Under the pieces are notes generated by a model. The model was not told the DNA's origin and did not search any database. It was given only the letters and a program-made list of their open reading frames with translations. DNA of 64,000 nucleotides from Raillietiella orientalis (taxonomy: Eukaryota). The position numbers and the translations under genes are program-made. Below, piece after piece: positions 13,230 through 24,307 of the stretch. Where the stretch lies: NCBI GenBank assembly GCA_036172245.1, contig JAYWIR010000014.1:2790001-2854000 (forward strand), written 5' to 3'. Within the stretch, counting starts at the first letter, position 1. Each line of letters starts with the position of its first letter.

Positions 13230-16200
13230 CCTTCGAGCGTGAGAGGGTTGCGCGCAAGGGAAGGGCTGGAATCTCGCTGTCGGCTCGGGGAACTCGAGGA
13301 GGGAGGGAAGAGATCGGCCCCTCCCCCTCCCTCCCTCCTTTCTCTTGGGGGTTTATCCGAGCGCCATGCCGCGGTCGCTCCAGGCGACGAGGAAGATCCA
13401 CAATCCGCTCTCATTCCTCCACCCCCTCCCTCCGAGCGCAAACAGTCAGCCACCTAATCCCCTCCCCCGTGCCCCTCGCGCATGCGCATGTGCCTTTCTC
13501 TCAGCCCACGGCCGGCGACCCCTTCGCCGCTGCTTCGTGTCGAGCGCACTGCTCGGTGCCGGCGGGAGCGGGCACGCGCGTTCCGCTCCGGGGAGGCGGG
13601 TATCACTGTCCGGCTGTGCTGCGAAGAGGGCTGGCGAGGTGGATGACCACTCTGCCCACGGGGAAGAACGATGTCACCTTCCCACCCTCCTCCTCCTCTT
13701 CGCCAATCAGACCGAGGACCAGAGACAACAGGTTCCCGAGAAGGAGCGGGAAAAGGCAACGGCAGGGAGGAAAAGGGGAGGACAACCCGCTGCTGCCGCT
13801 GCAGCGTAAGAGGGAAGGGAGAGAGAAGGAAAAAAGCACAGAGAGCCGGTGGAGGAGATCCGTGGCCCTTGGAGAATCGGAACTCTTCTTTTCCCCTTCC
13901 TCCCAGGAGCGTCCTCGCAGGAAGGCGAACCGGAAACTCGCAGGGACCGGGGAGACGGGAGTCTGCGAGCGGCCAGGACCTTGAGCTGCTCGCGCCCGTC
14001 CGGGACCGCCACCTGGAAGACGGGAGCAGCAGCCGGGGAGCGAGCGAGAAGGGGGGGGGAAGAACCCACAGATGTCCTTGGGCGCGCGAGCGCCTCCCTG
14101 AGATCGCAGCAGGCTCCCGAGTCCCGCCCTGTGCGGGCAGGAAATTCTCGGTCCTTCCCAGAGAATCGTGACGTCACGTTCGGGGTGCGCGAGAAAGCGA
14201 CCCCCTGAGCTCCTCGCTGCATGAAGGATGCGTCACTTCCAGCACTCCTAAGAAAGGGTGACGCCCGTGATCTCATTACGGGAGGGACGAGGGAAAGGGA
14301 GCCCATGGCACTTCCTGAAGCCACGACTACGAATAAGCCGAGATGAGGCAGACGGCGCGCGCGGGAGGAGGGAAGTCCCCCGTAGATGTCACGCCGCGCC
14401 GTTAACCAGGAATGTGAGTGCGTAGCGTGACTTCCTCCTCTTCCTTTCCTGAGGAAAGCTCTCTCTTCCCCCATCGTCCCGGACTAAGACCGGACGATGA
14501 CCTGCGCGCAGGGTCAGAATGGGCGTGTTCTTCCCGAGGGGGAAAGAAGTGCTGATCGACTGGAGCAAGAGGACCGAGGTGCCGTTCTCTCGGTGGGGGG
14601 GCGGTTCCGGAGCTCAGGACCTGGGAGTGCAGATTCCCCGTCCACGCTGTTCGCTTGCCATACCTTTCCTTCGCTGCATTCCTGCTCGCCTTCCGCGGTG
14701 CAGCTCGTTTCCGCTCTGCCAGAGTTCCCGAGACCCAGCTTCCGCATCCAGTTTTCAGCCTCCCGCTTCGCCTGTTTGGCTGCTGCTTTCTGCTTCCGCT
14801 TCCGGTTTTCCCCGTTATTTGCCGGTACTTCATTTTTCCAGCATTTCTTTTTCCGGTTCTCAGACTTCGAGTTTTCAGTTCTCATCTTTCGAGTCCCCTG
14901 CTAGAGCCCGTTGAAGTTTTCCGTTTCCCAAGTTTCCCATTCTCATTTTTGAAGTCTGGAGGACTTTTTTGCGTTCAAGTTCTCAATTTGGGGCTTCTTG
15001 TTCAGTGGTCACGTTTTGCATTCCTTACATTTCCTATCCTCATTTTTCCTGCTTGCATTCGTCAAATCTTTCGGGTTTTAACTCTCAACTTTGTTATTTC
15101 CCATTCCCAGTCTTGTGCTTCTTGTGCTCAAGTTTTTGATTCGCAATTTGAGGATGTGCTTGCAGCAGATCGTTGTTGTTTTGTTTTTGTTCTGCATTCT
15201 TACTGTGAGGGTTCTCTTTTTATCCTTCCTCATTCTGCCTCATGTTTCATAGCAATGTTTCTTTTTTTCTTTGAATTCCCGCTTTCAACTTTTTATGCCC
15301 AAAACTACTCTGGTCTTTTCCCTGTATTGCAGGACTTCCCTGCCACTTTTCCGATTTGGTATTTTTACTTTTTCGTCAGCTCCTTTTCCCTTTTCGTCTG
15401 TTTGATTTTTGTTTTTGTTTTTTAGATATTGTGGCATGGTGCTTTCATTCTTGACTTCTATTTTCTTGCGTTCTTTCGGCTTTTTAGTTTTCGATCGCCC
15501 GGATCTTTTGTTTCATTTTTTTGTGTTCCAGTCCGGAATTCGCTCTGGCAGGCGTGTGCCATCGCTTCAGCTCAGCCTACTTTGCATTGTTGCCCGACAC
15601 GCTGCTTTTTTTGTCGCTCGCGTCTGCTTCCCTCTCAGCATGGCGCTTTGTGCCGAAATTCCGTCTTCTTTCTCTCTCTCTCTTTTTTTTTTTGAATGAC
15701 CGAATTGCCCCCCCAAGACGAAATACCGTTTGGTTCACCCCCTTCAGCGCTTCGGAGCGACCTCGCAGCTTCTCAGTTGCGCTTTGCATGTTTTTGTTTT
15801 TCCAGTTTCGCCTCCTTCCTTCATCTTCTCAATCTCGCATCTTGTTTTTTGTTTCCCGTTCATTTCCTTGAGGTTTGGTCTTCCCGATTCAGTCGGGCAT
15901 CTCCCTCTCCCTCGGACCGTTCCACTTTTGTTCCTACACTTTTGCCTTTTTGGTTGCCTGCCCACTTCAAGGTCAAATACCACTTTCCCGATTTCTTCCC
16001 ATTGCTTTGCCATTCCCGGAAAGAACGGAGACTTTCCCCATTCTTCCTGTCTCCGGAGTGATGAGAGGAGGGAAACTCGCGGCTCCCTTCGCCTTCCCCT
16101 TGGGGGAAGGGAAGGGAGAGGGAGGGGGGAGACAGTACGACCAAAGAGCTGGTGAAGCTACCGACCTGAGTGTTGGTCTTTTCGCCCCAGAGCGGAGGGT

Positions 16201-17350
16201 GTTCCTTTAAGCACCGGCCACGGGAGAGCCAAGGGACAGACGGAGAGAGGGAGACCCCAACTATCCTTTCGCCGTCTGGCAACCCTCCCTCCCTCCCTCC
16301 CCTTTAACCAGCCCTTGTGAGCGAGCTGCCCCGTCCGTCCCCTGCAGCGGCTACAGTAGCTGCCTTGGGCGCTCCGGGATGCGAGCGAAAAACATCTCCG
16401 TCCCTCCCTTAGGCCGCACCCACTCGTCGCCACGTGACTCTGGTCGTCGTCGTCCCCCTCCCTCTTCCCCTCCTTCTTCTCCGGAAGATCCGCAACCAAC
16501 CAACCAGCGTTCTGTTCGTTTCCTTTTTATTCTCCTTGCACTTCTTGGGTTCCACCTCATCGGGCCGCGGAGGCTTGCTGGGAGTCCTGAACAAGGATGC
16601 CCGCGCTTTTGCCCTCGGGAGGAGGATGGGGTAGGTGAGAGTAGACAGACGGGCGGGCTGCGTGAAGAGAGAAGAGGGATGGGGGAGGTTTTTTTTTTTT
16701 TTTTTCGTTTTTTCCTTTTCCGGCCTCTCCCCGAAGCTCAGCTTCCGGGTGGCAGTCGACCGTGCCAATGGGGAGTTGTGTCCTGGAACGGAGCAACCAG
16801 GAGGGTCAGGCCCCGCTTCCTCCTGCCAGCATACGTAGCGCAGGTGCAGCGCTAGGAGCCACAAAAGCGTCCTGGGCGCGCCGCGCGGAATCTCCCCCCC
16901 CCCCCCCCCCGATTGCCGTGGATTCGGAAGCGCCTGTCGCGGCCTCGGTGGTGACTCGGCGGAGAGGCCGCAGCGTGCGGGGGCCGCCTGGGAACGCGGG
17001 GAAGGGGAGGATCGCCGGGGTAAAGGCGCGCACGTGGCTGTCCAGGAAGCATCCCTGTCGTTGCAGGACGGCGCGAGGCGTCGGCTCTCCTCCTCCTCAG
17101 TCTTCCTCGAGCGGGGACAGCGTGGGGCAGCGGGGGCGGTGACGGCGCGAACTTGCGTTCTGGGTGCTGGGGAGAGTCGCCCGATCCCGGCACGCAGCAG
17201 AGCGCCCTGCCGGGGGATTTCCCTCTACCCGGAAGCACTTGGAGTTCTGGTTGGCGGCGGCGGCAAGTGAGGATCCTCGTCCCTTCGGCTGCTCGCCCGC
17301 TCTTCCCCTTTTCTGCCTCCCACACTCCCGGGGAGCAGCGGGGGACCGAA
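13230..17350 (+). mobile_element. Degenerate BEL/Pao pol relic (RT, RNase H, integrase; 3'-truncated), GC-rich ends and T-rich middle
   Basis: PLRRCFVSSA (~KLRVVFDASA), RSVALG, TFGVREKAT, MGVFFPRGKEVLIDW, DLGVQIPR, IPSLVLL, NSLWQA, QRFGATSQLLSCALHVFVF (~ERFSSxxKLLRVxAYVxRF), RLSPFF + GVMRGGKL (~LxPFxD.G.LRVGGRL), LGFHLIGP, SIRSAG, GAAWER..RIAGVK (~GGxWERLxxSVK), ESRPI (~NSRPL). Confidence 0.78.
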
Positions 17351-17478
17351 CGCCCCCGCGGTCCAGGCGCGCGCCGCTCGCTATCGCCGCCGGGAGGGGG
17401 CGCCCCGACGACAGACGGACAGAGGGGGGGAAGGGGGAGCTCCCCTGCACTTCCCCCCGTTTCCCTCCTTCCCATTAC

Positions 17479-20258
17479 CTGGCGCGCCTTCTTCTTCAGA
17501 GTGCGCATGATCCACTTGAGCTGCCCGCGGGCCGCCGGGAAGGCCTCCAGGAGCGGCCAGAGGGTGTGAGCGCTGGTCAGCACCTTGCGCAGGTTGGATT
17601 CGTTCATGGTCAGCTGCCCTGGGGACCTCACAGGGACGCCGAGGTCGTTTTCCCAGACGTCCAGAAGGATCGCGATCAGCCCGAACAGGCACTTGTACCT
17701 GGAGGAGGGTCGGCGCCTCACGGAGGGAAGAGATGAAGGGAGGAGGGGGAAGGACGGAGGCGCGCTCGTAGGGGGCGCCTCCGGCGCCTCCCACGCACCC
17801 TGCCGCTCCTGACCCACAGAAAGGGGGGGGAGGGGTTACCTTTTTTCCCCCGAAGAAGAGAGAGGGGAGAGGGAGCGGGAAGAGACATGGATGGAGCAAG
17901 GGGTAGTGGTAGTGGCGCCGCTAACCACGCTGCAGGGACCGACGAGGGGAAGCGGCGGCTATGCGGCGGGGAGGGGTTGGAACAAGAGGTAAGGAGGAAG
18001 AGGGAGTGGAGGCAGGAGGGAGGAAGGGCAGTCTTACGGATGCAACACCTGGGGTAATTCTTCTCGCTGTTGTTCTCCTGGAAGACCTGCTCGACGAGGT
18101 CTCGGAAGCTCTTCTCCAGGCTCTTCTTGCCGCAGGACAAGCTGGGAGCGTCCGGGACCTCCCCGTTGAAGACGAGGTAGTCCAGCATCTGGTCGATCCT
18201 CTTCCTGGTGGCGATCACAAGGTCGTCGTCCTTGCCGAGCACCCCGAGCTTAAGGAAGTTGCGGTAGCAGACGGCGGCCGCCACCAGGGCGTCCATGGCG
18301 CTGCAGAAGTCGGAGAAGCTCAGCAGACGGCCGATGCCCTCCGGGTACACCGGAAAGGACGGACACTCCTGCCCGGCGGCGGCGGCGGTCGCGGGGAAGG
18401 AGGGCGGTAGCGGCGTGCAGGCGGGGCAGGAGGAGCTGGAGGAGCTGGAGGAGGAGGAGGAGGGACAGGGAGGGGGGAGGCCGGTAGTGACGAGCGCGCG
18501 GGAGAGGATACTTCCCCCTCCCTCGCCATGACTGCCGGCGCTGTCGTAGCATGGAAGCTCTACAGGGCTCGCTGTCGTGGGAGTTGGCGGCGGCGGTTCC
18601 AAGGGCATCGGCGGAAGCGACTGTGCCCTGACTCCCTTCCCTGCGATCTGCGCCGCTGGCGCCTCCACCGGGGGCGGGGGTGACGAGGCGCAGGACGAGG
18701 AGGACGAGGTCCCAAGGAAAGAGGCCCTCCGGGACGCGGATGCGTTCCTGCCGCCGTCGCTGCTCCTGGCGCACCACAGCTGCGAGGGGCGGCGCCGCTG
18801 GGCAAGGACGGCGCGTAGCACGTTCAGCTTCTGCCGCAGGCTCTCCGCGGCCCAGCGCGCAGGGCCGTCACTGGCGCCCGCCGCACCTGCCTCCGCGCAG
18901 GCACCGCCGCCGCGCGACAGCAGCGCCCTGCCCAGCAGCATCAGGTGGCCTTCGCAGCGGAGGATCTTCTGGCAGGACCAGTGGGCGATGTCGTGCGCGG
19001 TGGCAAAGGGCTGCTCCCTCGGCTCCCGCTTCCAGGACTCGCGGTAGACCAGGAAGACACCGTAGATCTCCCGGCTGAGCTCGTAGTGCACGTCCCTCAG
19101 GAGGCTGCGCCGCACCTGCGCCTCGAGTCCGCGCCGCCTCCTCTCTTCCCCGGCGCCGTCGGTGGCGCCGCCGAAGGTGACGGCGACCTTGACCTCGTCG
19201 CTCCTCCTCCGCAGCTCCACTAGGCGGAGGTATAGGGCATCTCTCCTCAGGTGGAACCTCTCCGGGAAGGCGGGCCGGTGTTGGTCTCGGCCAGCGCGAC
19301 AGCGCCTTTCCATGGCACCCAGCACGCACCCGAAGAGCAGCTCCTTCGGGCACACGATCCGGGAGGAGAGAAGCGGGACCAGCCCGGCCAGCAGCCGGGC
19401 GACCTGCTCCATGCGCCGGCAGAAGGCATCCCCTCCGGTGCTCGAGGTCACGCGCGCCTTCCACCTTTTACGGTCGCGCCCATTCCACAAGAGCGGGTCC
19501 TTGGGCACCCCCGCGCAGAGAAGGGTCACCTGCAGCAGTGCCGCCCAGGGGTCCGAGGAGGAGGGATTGCTGGTGGGATCGCGCGCGCGGTGGCGCGACC
19601 GTCCGGTGACTCCCAGGAACAGCACCGAGAAGGACAGGAATTCGGTCAGGGAGGCTCTCAGCTCCTCGGCCAGGTCGGGCCCCCCTTGCGTGAAGAAGGT
19701 CGCCGGGAAGACGGAATCTCCGGGAGCGCCGTCGCGTGGCAGCGACGGCGCCTCCTCTCCTGCCCCCCGGCAGTCGAGCAGCAGCGGGCAGAGGTACAGC
19801 AGCACGGCGAGGCTCGCGCGGTGCAGCTCCTCATCCGGGTCGTTCTCGTCGTCGTCGCCACTGCGGCGGGAGTAGTCATAGCACCTCCGGCGGTAGTCCA
19901 TCAGGCACTGCCGCTCGTAGTCGGGGAACCGGAAGGGGGGGGGCGAGGGAGAGGGGGGGGAAGAGGAGGCGGACGGCTTCGGCTGGAGGACGTGGGACCG
20001 GCTCAGGAATCGGGCCTCCAGGCGCTCCACCGTGCTTCGCATGAAGGCGTCCAGGTCGCCGACACCCACCCGCAAGGAGCCGCCGCAGCAGCCTGCCGCC
20101 GCCCACTGGCACTCGCAGAGGCGCTGGCGTATGCGCGCCGCCTCACAGAGACGCGACACGGCCTCGTAGAGCTCTAGCCTTGAGCGGTCCGGCTGCGGCC
20201 CCGGTGCCAGGTGCAACAGGCAGAGGGATGCCGCTAACTCGTCGCTCTCCTCCTCCAT
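17479..20258 (-). CDS. Uncharacterised GC-rich protein-coding gene; exons 18049-20258 and 17479-17698, continuing leftward (at least ~810 aa)
   Basis: Open frame over 2.2 kb with strong third-position G/C bias and globular-looking segments. Phase-2 donor AG|GTGTTG at 18048 matches acceptor CCTCCAG|G at 17699 (NYPR/YKCLFGL), and exon 2 ends CAG|GTAATG. Start taken as the ATG at 20258 (MEEESDEL); an in-frame ATG at 20369 is an alternative. No family recognised. Confidence 0.75.
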
Positions 20259-20499
20259 GGACTGGGAGGGTTCCCTCTTCGGGCGGAGGGACCCACGCGG
20301 AGCAGGGGCCTCGAGGAGGCTGCCGGGAAAACCAGAAGGGAAGGCGGGAAACTGAAATTTTTTGCGCATAGCCGAAAAATCAGTCGCTTGAATTTTGCTA
20401 CCATGGAAACCGTGTTTCTTTCTTTCTTCGCCTTTCTTCCTCCCTTTGTTCCTCTTCCCGATCCCCTTTCCTCCTCCTCCCCTACTGACCTGGCATGCC

Positions 20500-23180
20500 T
20501 TTTCCCTCAGGTGACAGCGCTCGGAAATGGACGATGTCCCCCGCTCTTCCTACGCTGCCAACCCGCGCGCTCCCTCGCGAAATCTTTCGAAGAAAGGACA
20601 CATCCCCCCCCCCCCAAATGGCGCCCTTTCGAATACGTCGAGCTCCTCCCCCCTCCCTTCCACCAAGATTCGAGTCCGAGACGCAGCAGCAGCTGCTGCT
20701 GTCGCGCCTCTCCGAGTTCCTGGACAAGCGCGCGTGGTTCGCGCTATCCTCCTCCGCAGAGGTCAGCGCCGTTCCGGGTGATGCACACCTCGACTCCTTC
20801 CTCCCTCTCTCTTCGCGCTCCCTTCCCCATCCGGGACCCGTGAGCTCGTGCCACTTGCGCGGAGACCACCACCACCATACCTCGGAGGAAGCGCAGCAGC
20901 CGTCTGCTGTTTCACCGCCTGTTCTGCGCCCTTCCGCAAGTCGTCGCGCAGCCGCCGCACGGAAACCACCGCAGGCCGTGCTAAGCGCTTCCCTCGAGCT
21001 TCTTAAAGTCCGCGACCGGCGGTGCGCAGTACCCCATGGGCTCCTGCAGCACAAGTCGCAAGGGGCGAAAGAGACGCTGCTGTGCTGTTCCAAGCGTCTG
21101 GGCGCCGCAACCATCTGCTGTGCGAGCCTGCAATCAGCAGCAGCCCCAAGAACATCCGTCTTTCAGGAAACTGGGAACACGCAATTGTCTCCTTCCTTCC
21201 TTCCTTCTGTTCTCTTTGAGGAGCCAAGCAACGAATTCCCAGTGCCATTCTTGAAGTTCCTCCTTGCCTTCTGGCAGATGACAGGCGTGCGGTACGCGTT
21301 ACCTTCGGTAGGCCGCTCCACTGGCTGCTCTGCGGCGAGCTCTGCACCTCGTCAACGCGATGCCTTCTTCAAACTTACGCAGTCCCCTTTCTGCCCCTTC
21401 CCCTGCTTCTGGTTCAACGCTCTGTAAGTGCATTGGATTGCCACGTTTCTAGGTCCTCATGAAACGACACCTTCCGTGATTGCGCGGAGAAAATCACCCC
21501 ATTTCGTTCTCGGGGACGTAATGGAAGTAGGGGCAGGAGCGTAACAGATGTTTTCCGTCGGTGCGAGTCCTCCTTAAAGAGTACTGACAGGACTCACAAC
21601 GATGCAAAAAGTAACCCTGATTGGGACGTTAAAAGCCAACCGCGGAGTGTTCGCGGTGCACGGGCATTCGAATGCGAATTGCCACGGAAACCGTAGGCCC
21701 GCTTGAGAGCCACGATCACGTGACTCCCAGAGGTGCTTCAAAAATGCAAACAAAAGCGAACGAATCCCGTCGTAACGGATATTGCAAAACGAAAAAAAAA
21801 AAAAAAAAAAAAAAAAAAGGAAATGAAATGAAATGAAAAAACAATCCCACATTTGGACCCGCGAAATTCTTCCGTCCATGGCTGCTGCCGGCCAACATCC
21901 GAGATGTGGAGACACGAGAACACCAAAACAAAGCGAATGCCTGCTGATAGATAAAGGCTGCATTCCCCACTCCTTTTGAACGATGTTCACGCTCTGGTTA
22001 ATCAGATGGGAGGGGTGGACACCTGATCTCTGGAGCATGGAAGAATTCGTCCGATTCATTTCGATGCCATATCGAGAAAACTAACAAAACACTTGTGAAA
22101 TACCAATGAGCTTTTTGCGGCAGCGCATACGCGGATCACAGATCGCTGTTGATCCATCCCACCCCACCCTCAATGCCTCCCACCTTTTCGTGCGAATGAG
22201 CCCGCGCTGGTCGCGGCTGCGTGCCAAAAGATGTCGTGGCGGGCCGAACTCGGGAGCGAACCCATCGAAGAAGGGGAAAGAGCGAAAAAGAGAGAGGGTC
22301 CAAACGAGGAGGTGGGACGCCAGCGCGTTGGTCGCACGCAACGTGCGCGCTACGTCCCTTGGGGAGCACCACTCTTTGAGGGTCTGGGCTGAGATACGAG
22401 GAGCGTAGCTGCTCAAAGCTCAAGGTGTGCTGCGCGGGTGGTAGACATGCGAGGTCACCTCTCCTCCATGCACCTGCTGCTGCCCGTACGACAGCGCACA
22501 GGTGCGACCGGGATGCGCATTGTTGCCAACGGAAACGCGCACGCGTCTTTCTGGCCGTTCCCAGATGAGCGTGGCCTTCGACTGAGCGAGGGGAGATCCA
22601 CGTTCCAAGTTTAGTTTCCTTTGCACATCAGTGGCGGGATGGGGGTCCACTTCTCGCGCAGCTCGCAAGGATAGGGCGACGAGCTCAGGTTGCGGGAAAG
22701 CGTTCTAAACCTGTAGGATGCTTTTGACTTTAGACGATTCGAAAATCGCTGCGTCGCAAAGTCCATGGAGACTGCTTTTTTTTTTTGTTGCTTTTGCATG
22801 GCCTTCAAGGGCATGAGTCGCATCGCATCCATGCGGCTGCTACCACTGGAAGCAGCAGCAACGCGGATAACGCTTGCATGCAAGGCCGCAGTGGAAAACG
22901 TTCTGCATGGAAGTACCAACCCTGGCCTCGCTGAACCAAGAGTGTTCTAACAAGGGAAAATTATCTGAAAACATGGATCCTGCACCGATGGGGAGAGTGG
23001 AGGAGAGAGGGAGAGACGGAGGAAAGACGACGCATTTCCATCTCAAGGTGCGCAGAGTGCTATCACAACCGCAAGTTGCTCTGCATTAATAAAAATGAAA
23101 AATCTGCAACTCCTGGACGAGGCGAAGGGGGGGGGGGAGCAGAAACGAAAACCTTGGCATTTGCACATCTGTCATTTACT
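20500..23180 (-). mobile_element. Degenerate BEL/Pao pol relic (RT, RNase H, connection)
   Basis: RWKCVVFPPS, LSSTLPIG, RMDAMRL, SYRFRTLSRNLSSSPY (~YRFxRLxFGLSSSPF), WNVDL (~YVDD), ALRVGWDGST..RKKLIGISQVF, IVQKEW, FCNIRYDG (~FCDASxxGY), NTPRLAF (~TIPRLEL), RTDG, LEQHSS. Confidence 0.72.
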
Positions 23181-23199
23181 CTAAATGAAAAAAAAACGC

Positions 23200-24170
23200 A
23201 GGTCAGATTCGCGTTTCCCAAGCGCTGTGCGCAGCTAAAGCGCGCTTCCTCGGGAAGACTTCCTTAGGGAATGTGCCACCCAGCAAATGGGTTCGAGATC
23301 TCAGGACAATATTTTTGTCGGCAACGAAATCCCATCCGAAGGTTCTCCTGCCTTTTTGCATGTGTTTATTTTTGATCCCGAAGGAAAGCACCCGGCGAGT
23401 ATCCACGTTCTTTATCCTGGAAACTTGTAAGCGCTGAAGAAAGCAAAAAAACACAAAAAAAAAGGCACGGATCAAATAAAGAAAAGCACGCTTGGGGTGG
23501 TGTGTGCGCGCGTCCCGTAGGTGTTTCACCGGGAAAGCCCCGTTATTTATAACGCGTCGATCCCCTGCAGAATGGATCGGGGTTTGCTGAACGGAGGGAT
23601 TTTCCGCAGCAGTGACGATCGGGTGACATCGGAATCAAATCACCAGGGATGAAGAGCGTTACCCCGGACACCTCCTCCCCCCGGGCAGGGCTTTCGAAGC
23701 CGATGGAGCGGGAAAGGGGAGACGAGCGGGTAGGCTGGTGCTGCAAAGGTGGAGGATGCCTGCTGGCCAGAGGGAAGGAGTTCGGAATGAACCGATGACA
23801 CGTAACTCGAAAGGCAGGTAGGCATGTTGTTCGCTCTTGCACAGCTTTCGCAACTGAGAGAGGGAGAGAGAGACTTTTGGTGCCGCGAACAGCGCAACGC
23901 ACAAGGGAAAGAGGAAAGAAACGCACCTGATTAGTGCAGCGACGAACAGAGAGCAATGCGGGCTGCATCTTGAAAAACACTGCTCACACACACTTTCGGT
24001 TGAGGAAATTCCTACTCGAGAGGGAAAAAGAGAAGGGGAAAAACATTCTGCTATGCATTCGTCAAACCTCGTGCCAACAACTCGGAAATCCAAGAGGAAA
24101 GGTGCCCATACTGCTATGCCTTTTCGGACGAGGAAGCTCTCTGCACCGCAGTGATGGCTCTCTGTGCAAA
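23200..24170 (-). mobile_element. Degenerate BEL/Pao integrase relic
   Basis: HHCGAE..VR..WAP..RVV....ECIAEC (zinc-finger region), GILHL (~RAVHLE), ARGEEVSGVTLF (~RRG..SDNGTNF), VDTRRV (~LNSRPL). Confidence 0.6.
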
Positions 24171-24188
24171 AAATGACTACGATTCTAC

Positions 24189-24223
24189 ATATATATATAT
24201 ATGTATATGTATATATATACATA
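24189..24223. repeat. (AT)n microsatellite just downstream of the TACC stop
   Basis: atatatatatatatgtatatgtatatatatacata. Confidence 0.9.
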
Positions 24224-24307
24224 ATTATAAAAGAACTTTCTGCAAATATGAAGTGAAGGATACGAAAAATAAGGCGATTTATTAAACATATTAAATGGAA
24301 TAAATAA

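Noticed and set aside
14655..15425. Phe/Leu-rich 256-aa ORF as a membrane protein
   Set aside because: Hydrophobicity is a by-product of T-rich composition, and the segment carries RNase H relic motifs in shifting frames.
16557..16613. Short terminal exon (GKSAGILVQDSQQASAAR*) for the orphan gene
   Set aside because: Needs an unusual GAG acceptor and overlaps integrase-derived sequence on the other strand. Less convincing than the 337-501 exon, though not excluded.
1930..17350. Active or domesticated retrotransposon
   Set aside because: YVDD, the protease DSG and the integrase catalytic motifs are disrupted, frameshifts are pervasive, and I could not recognise paired LTRs, a PBS or target-site duplications.
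2962..17450. Dozens of long overlapping ORFs (e.g. 525 aa at 5355-6932, 603 aa at 11646-13457) as real genes
   Set aside because: They are Arg/Gly/Pro/Ser-rich, open in several frames at once and lack obvious codon periodicity, as expected from stop-codon scarcity in GC-rich DNA. The recognisable motifs hop between frames and belong to dead BEL/Pao pol.
17718..18048. C-terminal ~110 aa of the 883-aa ORF as coding
   Set aside because: Low-complexity pyrimidine-rich read-through bounded by a phase-matched GT donor (18048) and AG acceptor (17699); best explained as intron.
3000..21400. GC-rich block as an endogenous DNA virus, horizontal transfer or contaminant
   Set aside because: No viral or bacterial hallmark genes seen. 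It holds a spliced gene and the same retroelement relics found in the AT-rich part, and composition grades through the TACC gene. Mis-assembly is not formally excluded without reads.
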